Origin: an uncultured delta proteobacterium
Lineage (GTDB): Bacteria > Myxococcota_A > Polyangia > Haliangiales > Haliangiaceae
NCBI GenBank assembly: GCA_963848295.1
Contig: CAWKDB010000002.1
Span: 1,152,001 to 1,216,000 of the forward strand
Direction: 5' to 3'
DNA: 64,000 nt
The position numbers and the translations under genes are program-made. How positions within the stretch are numbered: position 1 is the first letter of the stretch; each line of letters opens with the position of its first letter. Below are positions 16,280 to 27,310 of this stretch, piece by piece. The notes beneath the pieces are model-generated. The model did not search any database. It saw only the letters and a list, made by a program, of their open reading frames with translations, and was not told where the DNA came from.

Positions 16280-17968
16280 TCATCGCGCCAGCAACCATGC
16301 GAGCGCTGGCCGCACCCGCTCCGCGCTCACCGCCGGTGCCGCGGCGAGCTTGCCCAGCAGCGGATTCGCGCTCGCCGCCCGCCCCCGGCGGGCCGCAAAG
16401 CGCCGCAGTGCGGCGCTGCGCACGTCCGGCGCCTCGTCGCTGACCAACCGCGCGATCGCGTCGTCGTCGTCGAGGACCGCCGCGACCGCGCAGCGCACCT
16501 TGGGCGATGGATCGGCCGCCGCGCGCAACGCCAGGGCGCGATCGGCGCTCGTCCCGATCGCGGTCCACGCCGCCGCGCGGACATCGGCGTCGCGATCGTC
16601 GGCCAAGACGAGCAGGTCTCTCGTGCTCGTGCCCGATCTGCCGATCCCCGCTGCATACGCGGCCCTCACATTCGCCGCCGGATCGTCCACCGCCCTCGCC
16701 GGGTGCGCCGGATCGACCACCCCGATCGCCGCGATCGCGGCTGCCCTCACTTCGCGATCGCGATCTGCGCCGAGCGCGTGTAGTCGCGCGATCGCCCTCG
16801 CCGGTGCTCCGCTGGCCATCGTCGCCGCCTCGGCACAGGCCGCGCGCACGCTGGCATCCGGATCGCGCAAGCCGCGGTCGAGCGCGGCCCACGCCCGGCC
16901 CTTGGCCGGCCCGGTGCGCACGGCGCCGAGTCCCGCGCACGCCGCTGCGCGCATCCGCGGATCGCCGCGGTCGATCCAGTGCGCGAGCGTCGCGAGCGCC
17001 GCATCATCGGGAATCGCCGCGAGCGCCTCGAGCGCGACCTCCGGCGGTGGCGAGCCGGAAGCATCGAGTGTCGAGCGAGCGAGCGCGGTGCGATCGAGCG
17101 CGACCAACGCGCGAACATCGGCGACCGCGAGGTTGCCGTTCGCGTGAAGATCGAGGGCGAGTTGAGCCGCGAGCGGCACGGCCGCCTCGCGATCGCCGAG
17201 CCGTCCGGCCGCTTCGACCGCCGCGCGCTCGAGCTCGACGTCGCTGGTCACGCCGATCGCCGCACGGACGTCGGGCGCGAGCTCGCGGACGTGGGCCAGG
17301 CCGATCGCTTCGACCGCAGCGCGACGCGCGGTCTCGTTGCCGCCGAGCGCCTCGCGCAACGCCGCGATCATCACGTGCTCGGTCGCGACCGCGCGAGCCC
17401 CGTCGGTCGGAGGAGCGGCCTGGATGCGCGCGGCGGCGCGCGCGAGCTCGTGCCGCGCGAGCATCTCGTCGATCACGCCGGCGAGCGGTAAGCGCACGTC
17501 GACCACTTCGGCGGTCGCGGGCCCGGCCTGCCGGCGGTCGCGGGCGAACAGCCAGCGCAAGTGCACGCGCTGGTCGTCGGACCACAACTCGCTCGGCGGC
17601 TTGGCGAACGGCGCGGCATCCGCGATCGCGTCGCGCACCGCGCGATCGAAGTCTTGATTGCCGGACGAGACGACGTTGATCTCCGCGACGTTGCCGCTCG
17701 GCTCGACGACGAGGTCGACCGTCGTGGCGAGCGTCATCGCGTTGAGCGGCGCGTTCGCCGGGAGCCGGAGCCGACAGTCTTCGAGAAACTGGCCCCAGCC
17801 CGGCTGCAGCTCGAGCGCGACCTGAGTCAGATATGCGGCACCACGCACGCGCAGATCGATCGGCGCCGGCGCCGCGAGCCTCGGCATGCGGGGCGCGGCC
17901 GGTGCCGCCGGCTTCGGCGCGCCACAAGCGGCGAGCACGGTGAGCGCACAGCCGGCGAGGCGCGACAT
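16280..17968 (-). CDS. Lipoprotein with TonB-C-like domain and HEAT repeats
   Basis: LAAC lipobox; SSGNQDFDRAVRDAI..AAPF TonB-C motif; repeated DPDASVRAA-type HEAT units. Confidence 0.8.
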   Translation of the reverse strand: MSRLAGCALTVLAACGAPKPAAPAAPRMPRLAAPAPIDLRVRGAAYLTQVALELQPGWGQFLEDCRLRLPANAPLNAMTLATTVDLVVEPSGNVAEINVVSSGNQDFDRAVRDAIADAAPFAKPPSELWSDDQRVHLRWLFARDRRQAGPATAEVVDVRLPLAGVIDEMLARHELARAAARIQAAPPTDGARAVATEHVMIAALREALGGNETARRAAVEAIGLAHVRELAPDVRAAIGVTSDVELERAAVEAAGRLGDREAAVPLAAQLALDLHANGNLAVADVRALVALDRTALARSTLDASGSPPPEVALEALAAIPDDAALATLAHWIDRGDPRMRAAACAGLGAVRTGPAKGRAWAALDRGLRDPDASVRAACAEAATMASGAPARAIARLHALGADRDREVRAAAIAAIGVVDPAHPARAVDDPAANVRAAYAAGIGRSGTSTRDLLVLADDRDADVRAAAWTAIGTSADRALALRAAADPSPKVRCAVAAVLDDDDAIARLVSDEAPDVRSAALRRFAARRGRAASANPLLGKLAAAPAVSAERVRPALAWLLAR

Positions 17969-17986
17969 CTGCCGTGATCTTCTTGG

Positions 17987-20900
17987 TTACGCCGAGACTT
18001 CTTCGCGCACGTGTGTGCCGAGGTGGCGGCGCACTGCGAAGTACGGCTCGCTGACCGCGTACGCGAGCAGGTCGCGCAGCCGCTCCTTGACCGGCATGCT
18101 CGACAACGACGCACCTTCGGTCGCGATCGCGCGCGCGGCGACCTCGAGATCGTTCGACACGATCAAGCCGACGCGGTTCGCGGTCAGATCGGTCGCCGCG
18201 CGCCACGAGGCGATCAGGCCATTGCCGACGCGTCCCGACAGCTGGATGGACAGCTCGCCGACTTGCTCGAGCAGCGGGCCCGGCACCTGGCGCTGCAGCG
18301 CCTCCGCCATCTTCTGCGCTTCGTCGCCCGCAGGCGCGAACGGTTGACCGTCGTGGCCGGTGAGCCGCGCGCCGCTCGCGAGCACCGCGGCGGCAAACGC
18401 CGACTCGAGCTTCGGCAGCGTGCCGACCGCGAGCGTCACGAACCGCTCCGGCCGCAGATATGCCATCCGCTTGCCGACCTCGAACGCGAGCTCTCGCTCG
18501 TCGGTCTTCGCGAGCAGCTGGGCGCCGACGAGCAGCGTCGGAACGAGCTTGCCGCGGTCGCCGCCGAGCCCGACCGTATTCGCGACGCGCAGGCCGTCGC
18601 CGGTCTCTTGCAGCCAGACCATCGGCGCCGGATCGATCGCGAGCACCGAGCCGACATACTTGACGATGCGCGACACCGCGCGCGGATCCTGATCGAGATC
18701 CGCACGGCCATCCGGCGTCAGCCCGAACGCGGTGATCGGCTGTGCGGTGCCACCTGCGATCGCGCCGAGCGTCGAGCTGAAGATCGCGCCGACATGCCGG
18801 TCCTCGCGGGGATGGATCACCGACTTCTGCCACAGCTCCTCGGTGAGCCGGCGCGGCGCCGGCGAGAATGCGCTCGGCCGGAACCGCTCGTAGAGCACGC
18901 GTTCCTCGTCGGACGCGGCGCCCAAGAACACCAGTGCCTGCGCGACGCACCACGCCTTGTCGAGCTCGTGATCGGCGCGATACAGGCTCGCGAGCGCTTT
19001 GTAGAGCTCGACGCGATCGGGCGCGTGGCCGAGCAAGAACTGCAGCTCGGCGACCGCCTCGGTCCGCTTGCTCTCGCCCGCTTCGAGGTAGAGGTCGGCG
19101 AGTTGCTCGTGGCGCGCCATGTCGTCGGGCGCGATCTCGGTCGCCACCTGGTAAGCCTCGGTCGCCGCCTGGGTGTCGCCCAGGTGGTCGAGGTAGAGGT
19201 CGCCGAGCTTCGTCCACAGGCCGAGCAGCACCTCGGACGGCACGTCGTCACCGCTGCGCTTGAGCTGGCGGCGATAGGCGCGCGCCAGGTTCTTCCAATC
19301 CTTGCGATTGACGAGCAGCTCCTCGACCGCCTCGAACGCCTTCGGCGTCGCCGGCGCATCGTCGAGAGCGGCGTTGAACCGATCTACCGCGAGGTCGGCA
19401 TCCGCGATCTCGTCGCGAGCGATCACCGCGGCGGTGTAGTGAAACCGCGCGCGCCGATCCGGCGAGGTCTCGAGCGCAGACAGCTGATCGAGCGTCTCGA
19501 TCGCGCGCCGCCACGAGCGTTGCTCGGTGTACGCCTCGAGCACCTTGTGCATCAACAGGCGCGAGCCGGGCGCGAGCTTGAGGCCCTCTTGGTACGCGTT
19601 GATCGCGGAGCTGACGTCCTTGATCTTGTCGTGCCAGACGTCGCCGATCTCCTCGAACAGCTTCGCGCGCTGTGGCTCGGTATTGTCGCGCTTGGCGAGC
19701 GCGTCGACTTGCGCGCGCTTCGAGTCGGCGACGATCCGCCACTCGCCACGGGCGCCGCCGAGCTCGACCATCGCCTCGAGCGTCGGCTCGTGCAACGGAT
19801 CGCGCTCGAGCGCGCGGCGATAGCTCGCCTCGGCCTTCTTGTCCTCGCCCTGAGCACGCGACACCGCGCCGAGCCGGAACCAGATCTCGGCGACGTGCGC
19901 GTCCGACAGCGACGTGCGATGGCGCGCGAGCACCTCGCGATAGCGCCGGTCGACTTCCTTCCACTGCACCGCTTGGGCTTCGGCGCCTTCCGCCGCCTTC
20001 GCTTCGGCCATCAAGACGTTCGCGAGCCCGATCGCGGCGTCGAGGCTATCGGGGTCGGCTTCGACCGCGAGCTTGAAGTGACGCGCCGCCTTCTCGGTGC
20101 GATGGAGGATCTCGTACGCGGTGCCGAGCTGCGCTTGCATCCGCGATCGCTCGCGCCGATCGAGGCCCTCTTGGCCCTCGGCCTGACGCACGAGCATCTC
20201 GAGCACGGGCAGCGCGTCGTCCCAGCGCTTCGCGGCGACGAGCCGGTCGGCGACCCGGCGACCCGCCTCGACGTGATCGGGATCGAGCTTCAACACGCGC
20301 TGATAGAGCTCGAGCGCGCGCGAAGGATCCTCGAGCTTGCCGTCGACGATCTGCGCCGCTTCCCACAGCAGGGCGAGCCGTTCGTTGCGGCTACCGCTCG
20401 CGGCATCGCCGCGCAACATGAGCTCGACCGCGGTACCCCAGTTGCCGCGCGTCGCGTGGACCGAGCCGAGGCCCTTCAACGCGACGAGGTTCTCGGGATC
20501 GAGCGCGAGCGCCTTCTCGAAGTGGCGTTGCGCGACCTCGAGATCCTTGACGTGGTCGGCGGCGAGCTTGCCGGCTTCGGCGAAGATCGGCGCGGCCTTG
20601 TCGCCATCCAGTACGGCGCGGCGGACCAGCGCATCGAGCGCGCGGTCGTATTGCTCGAGCCGCGTGTAGAGCCGCGGCAGCATCGTCAGCGCGGTGCGGT
20701 TCGCGTCCTCGATCGCGAGCGCATCGAGCGAGCTGTCGATCGCGTGCTGCGGGTCGTCGAGCTCGCGCTCGTAGATCTGCGCCGAATCGAGGTGGAGCTC
20801 GAGCCGCTGCGCCGGCGTGCGCGCCGCCGTGATGTGGCGACGATACGCGTCGACGAGATCTTTCCACTTGCGCTCCGCCGACAGCACGCGCTCGAGGCCG

Positions 20901-22933
20901 CGATAGGCGTCGTCGGCCGACGGCTCGGCGTCGAGCAGCTTGCCGTACGTCTTGGCGGACCGCGCGGGATCGCGGTCCTCGAGCTCGGCGGCGAGCTTGC
21001 GCAGCGTCGCGAGCTTCTCGGTCTCCGGCGCGACGTGACCGAGCCGCTCCATCGTGTCGAGGTAGTCGTCGGTTCGACCGGTCTTGTCGTAGAGGTCGAC
21101 GAGCGCACGCAGCGCTTCGACATCGCTACCGTTCTCGGCGACCGACGCCTCGTAGCGCGCGATCGCACCTTCGAGATCGCCCAGCTTCTCGGCGCGCAGC
21201 GTCGCGAGCTCCTTGCGGATCGCCGCGGCGCGGTTCGGATCGGGTGCGAGCTCGGCGCGGCGGTCGAGCACCTTTGCGAGGTCGGCCCACTTCTCGTCGC
21301 GGCGATACAGCCGTTCGAGCGCGGCGAGCGCGTTGTCCTGGATCGCGTCGCCACCTGCTTCGACATCGCACGCGATTTCGGCGGCTTGCTCGTAGGTTTC
21401 GATCGCCCTGGCCGACGACGCGAGCTGGTTCTCGAACAGCTCGCCCAGGCCGAGCAGCGCGTCGACCTTGGTCTTGACGTTGGTCTCGACGTCGGCGTGA
21501 GCGCGCAGCGTGTCGGCGAGCTCCGACCACTTCTGGCCCTTGCGCTGGAGATCCGCGAGCACGATGTGCGCGGCGGTGTTGTGCGCATCGAGCTCGATCG
21601 CGCGGCGGATACTCGGCAGCGCGTAGTCGGCGCGGTCGAGCTTCGTGAGGTACCAGCCGCCGAGCCGCGCCCACCACGCCGACGCGAGATGCGCGTCGCC
21701 GGCGTCGGTCGCGATCTGCGACGCCTCGTTGACGAGCTCGCTCCATCCGCCGGTCGCGGCGGCGAGCTTCTCGACGAGCGCGATCGCCGCTTCGTCATCG
21801 GGCGCGATCTGACAAGCGGTCATCGCCGCCTCGAACGCGCGGCGGAGATCGCCCAAGCCGGTCTCGTAGGTCTCCGCGAGCTGGCGCAGACGAAACGCGC
21901 GCTCGCTCGCCTCGTCGGCATTTTCGATCTTGCCGACCAGCACTTCGACGACGGTGTCCCACTGCTGCGCATCGCGCGCCTTGCGCTCGATCAGCTCGAG
22001 GGCATCGCGCGCCTCCGCGGCTTCGTCGCCGCCTTCGCCGAGCAGCGCGATCCAACCCTCGGCGTCGTCGAGATCCGGCCGCGACTGGGCGAGCGACACG
22101 CTGTTCTTGACGCACGTCGCCTCGAGCGCCTCGAGCCACTCGAGCACCGAGCGCTCGGCGACCTCGTCGCCGCCCTTGCCCGCGAGGTTGACGACCTCGA
22201 TCTTGTGCTCGGCCATCAGCTCGTCGACCGTGACCGGCCCGACGCTCGCGCCGAGGAAGTAGTGCGTACCGCGCGGCGGCTCGAACATGCCGAACACGCG
22301 ATCGAGCAGCGCCGCGAGATCGGGGTCGCCGTAACGAAACCCGACGAACACGAGCGAGCCTTCGACGTAGAGCTTGCGCGCGTACTCGCGGAGATCGACC
22401 GCGCGAGACAACGCGCGGCGCACCGAGCGCGGAGTCACGACGTAGGTGTCGAAGTTGCCGAGCATCTTGACCAGCGTGCGGCGCCGCGGCGACAGCTCGC
22501 CGAGCTCCTGGTACGTGACGATCTTCGCGGCCGGCCAGCCTTCGGGCGAGCCGGTCTCGAACGAATGCTCGAGGATGTCGCCGGGGAACGTCGTCCACAC
22601 GTGGCGGAACGGTAGCTTCGCGAGCGCCTTCGGCAGCGCCGGCACGTCGGCGGGCGCGGCCCAGGTCTCTTGCACGATCTTGTCGCACGCGTCTTCACCG
22701 AGCGCGCGGGCCAGAAAGCCGACCGCGCGGACCAAGCTGCCCTTGTGCAGCAGCTTTTCGAGGTCCTTGGTCGCCGCGTCGTCGCCTTCGCGACCGCGGG
22801 TCTCGAGCGCCTTGGTCATGCGCTCCAGCATCTGCTTCCAACTCGGTACTCCGATTCCCGCACCGACCACGAGGGCTGCTTTGCCCGTCCGGATCTGCTC
22901 GATGAGGGACTCGGGGATCGTGTGCTCGTGCAT
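17987..22933 (-). CDS. SIR2-like domain fused to a very long TPR region and a myxobacterial C-terminal domain (1648 aa)
   Basis: N-terminal VVGAGIG..PSW and LVFVGFRYGDPD SIR2_2-like motifs; many TPR repeats; C-terminal LTANRVGL...LLAYAVSE..RRHLG. Confidence 0.85.
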   Translation of the reverse strand: MHEHTIPESLIEQIRTGKAALVVGAGIGVPSWKQMLERMTKALETRGREGDDAATKDLEKLLHKGSLVRAVGFLARALGEDACDKIVQETWAAPADVPALPKALAKLPFRHVWTTFPGDILEHSFETGSPEGWPAAKIVTYQELGELSPRRRTLVKMLGNFDTYVVTPRSVRRALSRAVDLREYARKLYVEGSLVFVGFRYGDPDLAALLDRVFGMFEPPRGTHYFLGASVGPVTVDELMAEHKIEVVNLAGKGGDEVAERSVLEWLEALEATCVKNSVSLAQSRPDLDDAEGWIALLGEGGDEAAEARDALELIERKARDAQQWDTVVEVLVGKIENADEASERAFRLRQLAETYETGLGDLRRAFEAAMTACQIAPDDEAAIALVEKLAAATGGWSELVNEASQIATDAGDAHLASAWWARLGGWYLTKLDRADYALPSIRRAIELDAHNTAAHIVLADLQRKGQKWSELADTLRAHADVETNVKTKVDALLGLGELFENQLASSARAIETYEQAAEIACDVEAGGDAIQDNALAALERLYRRDEKWADLAKVLDRRAELAPDPNRAAAIRKELATLRAEKLGDLEGAIARYEASVAENGSDVEALRALVDLYDKTGRTDDYLDTMERLGHVAPETEKLATLRKLAAELEDRDPARSAKTYGKLLDAEPSADDAYRGLERVLSAERKWKDLVDAYRRHITAARTPAQRLELHLDSAQIYERELDDPQHAIDSSLDALAIEDANRTALTMLPRLYTRLEQYDRALDALVRRAVLDGDKAAPIFAEAGKLAADHVKDLEVAQRHFEKALALDPENLVALKGLGSVHATRGNWGTAVELMLRGDAASGSRNERLALLWEAAQIVDGKLEDPSRALELYQRVLKLDPDHVEAGRRVADRLVAAKRWDDALPVLEMLVRQAEGQEGLDRRERSRMQAQLGTAYEILHRTEKAARHFKLAVEADPDSLDAAIGLANVLMAEAKAAEGAEAQAVQWKEVDRRYREVLARHRTSLSDAHVAEIWFRLGAVSRAQGEDKKAEASYRRALERDPLHEPTLEAMVELGGARGEWRIVADSKRAQVDALAKRDNTEPQRAKLFEEIGDVWHDKIKDVSSAINAYQEGLKLAPGSRLLMHKVLEAYTEQRSWRRAIETLDQLSALETSPDRRARFHYTAAVIARDEIADADLAVDRFNAALDDAPATPKAFEAVEELLVNRKDWKNLARAYRRQLKRSGDDVPSEVLLGLWTKLGDLYLDHLGDTQAATEAYQVATEIAPDDMARHEQLADLYLEAGESKRTEAVAELQFLLGHAPDRVELYKALASLYRADHELDKAWCVAQALVFLGAASDEERVLYERFRPSAFSPAPRRLTEELWQKSVIHPREDRHVGAIFSSTLGAIAGGTAQPITAFGLTPDGRADLDQDPRAVSRIVKYVGSVLAIDPAPMVWLQETGDGLRVANTVGLGGDRGKLVPTLLVGAQLLAKTDERELAFEVGKRMAYLRPERFVTLAVGTLPKLESAFAAAVLASGARLTGHDGQPFAPAGDEAQKMAEALQRQVPGPLLEQVGELSIQLSGRVGNGLIASWRAATDLTANRVGLIVSNDLEVAARAIATEGASLSSMPVKERLRDLLAYAVSEPYFAVRRHLGTHVREEVSA

Positions 22934-23062
22934 CCTAAACCCCCAGGCCTGTTCGTTGATTGGGGCGCACCGTAGCGACCGCTCCCGTCGGGGTCAACCG
23001 AAATCCGGTGTGGTAGCGTCGGCCGTTCGTCCTGGGCGATGGACGACCGAGCCCGACGGCGG

Positions 23063-23626
23063 CTACGCGCCGCACTGCGCTTTGACGAGCGCCGCGATCG
23101 ACCGACATTCCTGCCCGGCCGACGGCGGATCGAGCGGAAGCTTCAGCAGCGCGTACGTGTCGGCGCCGTCGAACAGGCTCGACTGGCCGAGCGCACACAG
23201 CGGCACGTGGACGTGCTGCGACTGCGCGGCAGCGAGGTCGCGTGCGAACGCCTCGGCCCGTGGCCCCGACCCCGGAGTGCCGTAGCGCGCTCGCACGGCG
23301 CGGACCGCGGCATCGGCGTGCGCGTTCTGCGCGCGCGCGTCGGCGAGCTGCTTCGCCGACCATCTCGGCTGGAGCTTGTAGCGGAGCTCGAGCGTGACGA
23401 GCGGGCCGCCCGGGACCTTCGCGGCCGCTTCGGGCGCGACATAGACCGGCCGGTCGTGGCGAATCACGAGCTCGGTATCGGTCGCCATCAGCGTCCATCC
23501 GGTCGGCAGCGCATGCTCGAGCCGCATCACCGCGGGGTCGCTGCCCGGCGGCGTCGTCGCGGGCTCGGCAAACGCAGGGGTCGCCGCCAGCGCAACCAAG
23601 GTCGCGGCGATCGCTAGCGAAGGCAT
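23063..23626 (-). CDS. Hypothetical secreted protein
   Basis: Signal peptide ending AFA-E; GC3 bias. Confidence 0.6.
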   Translation of the reverse strand: MPSLAIAATLVALAATPAFAEPATTPPGSDPAVMRLEHALPTGWTLMATDTELVIRHDRPVYVAPEAAAKVPGGPLVTLELRYKLQPRWSAKQLADARAQNAHADAAVRAVRARYGTPGSGPRAEAFARDLAAAQSQHVHVPLCALGQSSLFDGADTYALLKLPLDPPSAGQECRSIAALVKAQCGA

Positions 23627-23680
23627 GACCGCAGCGTGGCCACACGCGACGGAGAGAGCAAGTGGTAATGTGCCTCGCCG

Positions 23681-24412
23681 ATGTCGATGTTCTCCGAGAC
23701 GGTTGCGATCTATCGCTCGTCGAAAAAAAAGCAGGACATCAACTGGTTCACCGAATGGGTGGCGCGGCCGCCCGCCGCGCTCGTGGTCTACGCGGTCAAG
23801 GGCACACCGATCACGCCGAACCAGGTGACGTTCGCCTCGGCGGTGATCGCGGCCGGCGCGTGCGCGATGTTCGTGTTCCTACCGGGCTGGAGGTGGCTGG
23901 TCGCGGCCGCGCTCGTGTTCGAATTCTCGTTCGTGCTCGATTGCGCCGACGGCCAGCTCGCGCGGCTCAAGAAGGTCGCGTCGCCGCTCGGCCACCTGCT
24001 CGACTTCTTGATGGACGAGCTCAAGGCGATGCTGCTGTACGGGGCGGTGACCGTCCGACTGTGGCGGGAGACCGGCGACGACCGGCTGCTGCTCGTCGGG
24101 CTCGGCGCGTTGTTCTGTCTCGCCGCGGGGATCTCGTTGACCTCGTTCACGCGTCGCCCGGAGTACGGCGCGAAGCCACCGACCGAGGATGGCCAGCCCG
24201 CCGAGCTCGTCGGGCGCAAGGGGCCGATCGGCGCGGTGCTGTCGGCGGTCGAGTGGTGCGCACGCATCGTGGTGCATTACCCGCAGTACTTGTGGCTGGT
24301 CGCCGCGTGCGATCGCATCGACATCTACTTCTGGGCATACGCCGGTGTGAACGCGCTGTACTTCGCGAAGACGTTCGCCGCGATCTTCTTCCGGCTCGGG
24401 CGCTTCCGGTGA
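23681..24412 (+). CDS. CDP-alcohol phosphatidyltransferase family protein
   Basis: ITPNQVT and [10 protein letters not shown]...GHLLDFLMD (DxxDGxxAR...GxxxDxxxD). Confidence 0.92.
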   Translation: MSMFSETVAIYRSSKKKQDINWFTEWVARPPAALVVYAVKGTPITPNQVTFASAVIAAGACAMFVFLPGWRWLVAAALVFEFSFVLDCADGQLARLKKVASPLGHLLDFLMDELKAMLLYGAVTVRLWRETGDDRLLLVGLGALFCLAAGISLTSFTRRPEYGAKPPTEDGQPAELVGRKGPIGAVLSAVEWCARIVVHYPQYLWLVAACDRIDIYFWAYAGVNALYFAKTFAAIFFRLGRFR

Positions 24413-25224
24413 CCGCCACGCCGATCAAGCGCGCGATCCTGATCGCGGCCGGCCGAGGCAAGCGGCTCGGCGCGCACACCGACGACATTCCGAAGTGCAT
24501 GGTCGAGGTCGCGGGCCGGCCGATCCTGGGCTGGGTGTGGCGCGCGCTCGAGCGCGTCGGGGTCGAGGAGCTCGTCGTGATTCGCGGCTATCGCGGCGAC
24601 GTGCTCGAGGAGTTCGTGCGGTCGCTCGTGCCTCGCGCGGTGTTCGTCGACAACCTCGAGTGGCCGACCAACAACGTCTTGCTGTCGCTCGCGTGTGCGC
24701 GCGCGTATCTCGATCAGCCGACGTACCTGACCTATAGCGATATCGTGTTTTCGCCGGCGGTCGCCGCGGCGGCGGCGCGCTCGTCTGCCGAGATCGGGCT
24801 CGTCATCGACCGCGAGTTCCGCACGATCTACCAAGGCCGGACCGAACACCCGCTCGACGAGGGCGAGGTCTCCGATCTGCGGCCGGACGGTGCGGTCGCG
24901 CGGGTCGGCAAGCGTGCCCTGCCCGCTGGCGAGGCGGTCGGCGAGTTCATCGGCCTGGCCCGGCTCGGCGCCACCGGGGTCACGATCGCGGCGCGATCGC
25001 TCGACGTGCTCGCTGCTCGGTACGCGGCGATGCCCGAGGCTCCGTTCCAGCGCGCCGCTCGCTACCGCAACGCGTACCTGACCGACCTGTGGCAGGAGCT
25101 GATCGACGGCGGCGTCCGCATCGATCCGATCCTGATCGCGGGCCAGTGGCGCGAGATCGACACCGCTCAGGATCTCGACCGCGCGCGCGAGCTGCTACAG
25201 TCTCTCCCCAAGGAGTGGTCATGA
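24409..25224 (+). CDS. NTP transferase (LicC/IPCT-like cytidylyltransferase)
   Basis: [12 protein letters not shown]...PKCM and [10 protein letters not shown] motifs; GTGA coupling to the upstream gene. Confidence 0.9.
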   Translation: MTATPIKRAILIAAGRGKRLGAHTDDIPKCMVEVAGRPILGWVWRALERVGVEELVVIRGYRGDVLEEFVRSLVPRAVFVDNLEWPTNNVLLSLACARAYLDQPTYLTYSDIVFSPAVAAAAARSSAEIGLVIDREFRTIYQGRTEHPLDEGEVSDLRPDGAVARVGKRALPAGEAVGEFIGLARLGATGVTIAARSLDVLAARYAAMPEAPFQRAARYRNAYLTDLWQELIDGGVRIDPILIAGQWREIDTAQDLDRARELLQSLPKEWS

Positions 25225-25568
25225 AACGGGTCCTGTTCGCGTTGTTGATGCTCGCCGCGTGCGACAAGCCCACCGCGGACGACTGCCGCAAGGCGGAGCT
25301 CAACATGCAGCGGCTGCGTCACGTCGAAGACCAAGACCGGGCCAACCTCGAAGCGAGCGTGCGGCGCTGCCGCGGCGGCTCGAGCAAGGACACGGTCGCG
25401 TGCGTGATGGCCGCGAACACGGTCGAAGAGCTCGACAAGTGCGACAAGCAGATGCGCGGCGGCGGTCCCAAGAAGACCCAAACGCCGATCGAGCAGCTGA
25501 AGTCAGCCGGCAAACCGAGCGACACGCCGGCTCCCGGCTCGGGCTCCGCCGGCTCTGGCTCCCAGTAG
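25221..25568 (+). CDS. Small lipoprotein
   Basis: [22 protein letters not shown] lipobox; four further Cys. Confidence 0.75.
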   Translation: MKRVLFALLMLAACDKPTADDCRKAELNMQRLRHVEDQDRANLEASVRRCRGGSSKDTVACVMAANTVEELDKCDKQMRGGGPKKTQTPIEQLKSAGKPSDTPAPGSGSAGSGSQ

Positions 25569-26471
25569 GTGCGCGCCGCCGTCGTAGCGATCGCGGTGTG
25601 TGCGAGCTCGCTGCGCGCCGCCGCCGACCCGACGTTGATCGCGATCGTCGCAGCGCCCGATGCCGCTCATGCGATCGCGATCGGCCGTGCCGGCGAGGTC
25701 TACGAACCCGACGCGACCGGCTGGGTGCGGCGTACCGCCGGTGGCGTGTCGGTGGCGCTCGTCGTCGCGGCGCGCGCCGGTGCGACGATCATCGCGGGCG
25801 GCACGGACACCGCTGCGTTTCGGTTTCAGCGCGGGGTCTGGCACCTGCTCGCGATCGGCTATCACGCAAAGCCGTTGCTCGGCGCCGGGTCGCGCGCTAC
25901 GTGCGCGATCGGCCGTGCGGTGTACACCCTCGACCGCGAGCCGGCGGTGAAGCTGCCCGACGCGCCGACTCCGGTCATCCGGCTCGCCGCGTCGAGCGCG
26001 GGCGTCGCGATCGAGACCGAGCGCGGCGTGTTCCGCCGAGGCCGCACCGGCAAATGGCAGGCAATCGCGGGCTCGCCGCGCCACGTCGATCGACTCGTCA
26101 GCGATCGCTGGGCGATCGTCGGGCGGGCCGCCATCGACCTGACGACCGGCGCGACGACCGGGCCGCTCGGTCCGTTCGAAGCGGTGACCGCGACCGATGC
26201 CGGCGTGCTCCTCGTCGCTAGCGAAGCCGGTGGTAAGCTCGTGATCCGGACGTTCGCCGGCAAGAAGCGCCTCGAGACCTCGACTGTGGTCTCGCCCGCC
26301 TCGCCGATCGCCGGGATCGCGGCCGATGACGATGGCAAGCGCCTCGTCGTCGCGCTGCGCGATGGCCGGATCCTCGCGCGCGGCCGCGATGGCGCCTGGT
26401 CGACGACAACGGTTCGCGAACAGCTCCCGCCGGGGCACCCTGGCGCTCCGCCTGCGACGTCGCAGCAGTAG
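25569..26471 (+). CDS. Secreted beta-rich (propeller-like) hypothetical protein
   Basis: Signal peptide; short repeated beta motifs with Trp; in operon with the upstream genes. Confidence 0.6.
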   Translation: MRAAVVAIAVCASSLRAAADPTLIAIVAAPDAAHAIAIGRAGEVYEPDATGWVRRTAGGVSVALVVAARAGATIIAGGTDTAAFRFQRGVWHLLAIGYHAKPLLGAGSRATCAIGRAVYTLDREPAVKLPDAPTPVIRLAASSAGVAIETERGVFRRGRTGKWQAIAGSPRHVDRLVSDRWAIVGRAAIDLTTGATTGPLGPFEAVTATDAGVLLVASEAGGKLVIRTFAGKKRLETSTVVSPASPIAGIAADDDGKRLVVALRDGRILARGRDGAWSTTTVREQLPPGHPGAPPATSQQ

Positions 26472-26517
26472 GCCGGCTTGCGCGGGGTGCCGCGACCACG
26501 CTACGCTGGAATGAGCG

Positions 26518-27309
26518 ATGGCTCCGCACGTGTTAGTCGCGGACGACGACGCCTGGATTCTCCGCATGGTCGCGACCGTGCTCGAGAAACGCGGCTACAG
26601 CGTCGAGACCGCAGTCGATGGCGAGGACGCGCTCGAACGCGCGCTCGCGCGACCGCCCGATCTGCTGATCACGGACGTGATGATGCCCAAGCTCGATGGC
26701 TGGTCGCTCGTCCGCCAGCTGCGGTCGCACACCGAGCTCGCGATGCTGCCCGTGATCTTCTTGACCGCGCTGTCCTCCGAGGACGACCGGATCCGCGGGT
26801 TCCGGCTCGGCGCAGATGATTACGTGACGAAACCGTTTCGGTTCGAGGAGCTCGATCTCCGCGTGGCGAAGACGCTGCGCCGCACCCAGCAGACGGTCCA
26901 GGAGACGCGCGAGCAGCTCAGTGGATCGGGGTTGCGCGGCGACCTGTCGCAAGTCGGGTTGTCGTCGTTGCTCGTGTTGATCGAGATGGAGCGCAAGACC
27001 GGCCTGCTCCAGCTGCGCGTCGTGGATGGGCCGAGTGCCCAGATCTTGGTGCGCGAGGGCAAGGTGGTGCACGCGCGGCTCGATCATGCGACCGAGCCGG
27101 TCGATGCGGAGTGCGTCTACTTCCTGTTGACCTGGAACGCCGGCGAGTTCGAGTTCGTGACCTGCGTCGTGGAGGGCGTCGATCGCGTCAACGTGTCGAC
27201 CACGCACCTGCTGATGGAAGGTGCGCGGCTGATCGACGAGTCCGATCCGTCGGCGAGCCAGACCGTGGCGACGATCCCGCCGATCGAACCGACCGACGAA
27301 GCGATCTGA
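26518..27309 (+). CDS. Response regulator with C-terminal DUF4388-like domain
   Basis: REC motifs VLVADDD, DVMMP and [27 protein letters not shown]...GEFEF. Confidence 0.9.
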   Translation: MAPHVLVADDDAWILRMVATVLEKRGYSVETAVDGEDALERALARPPDLLITDVMMPKLDGWSLVRQLRSHTELAMLPVIFLTALSSEDDRIRGFRLGADDYVTKPFRFEELDLRVAKTLRRTQQTVQETREQLSGSGLRGDLSQVGLSSLLVLIEMERKTGLLQLRVVDGPSAQILVREGKVVHARLDHATEPVDAECVYFLLTWNAGEFEFVTCVVEGVDRVNVSTTHLLMEGARLIDESDPSASQTVATIPPIEPTDEAI

Positions 27310-27310
27310 C

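Noticed and set aside
23016..23060. Hairpin CGTCGG..TCGTCC/GGACGA..CCGACG upstream of the SIR2-TPR gene as a riboswitch or repeat copy
   Set aside because: Single occurrence with no recognisable aptamer; GC-rich hairpins of this size arise by chance.
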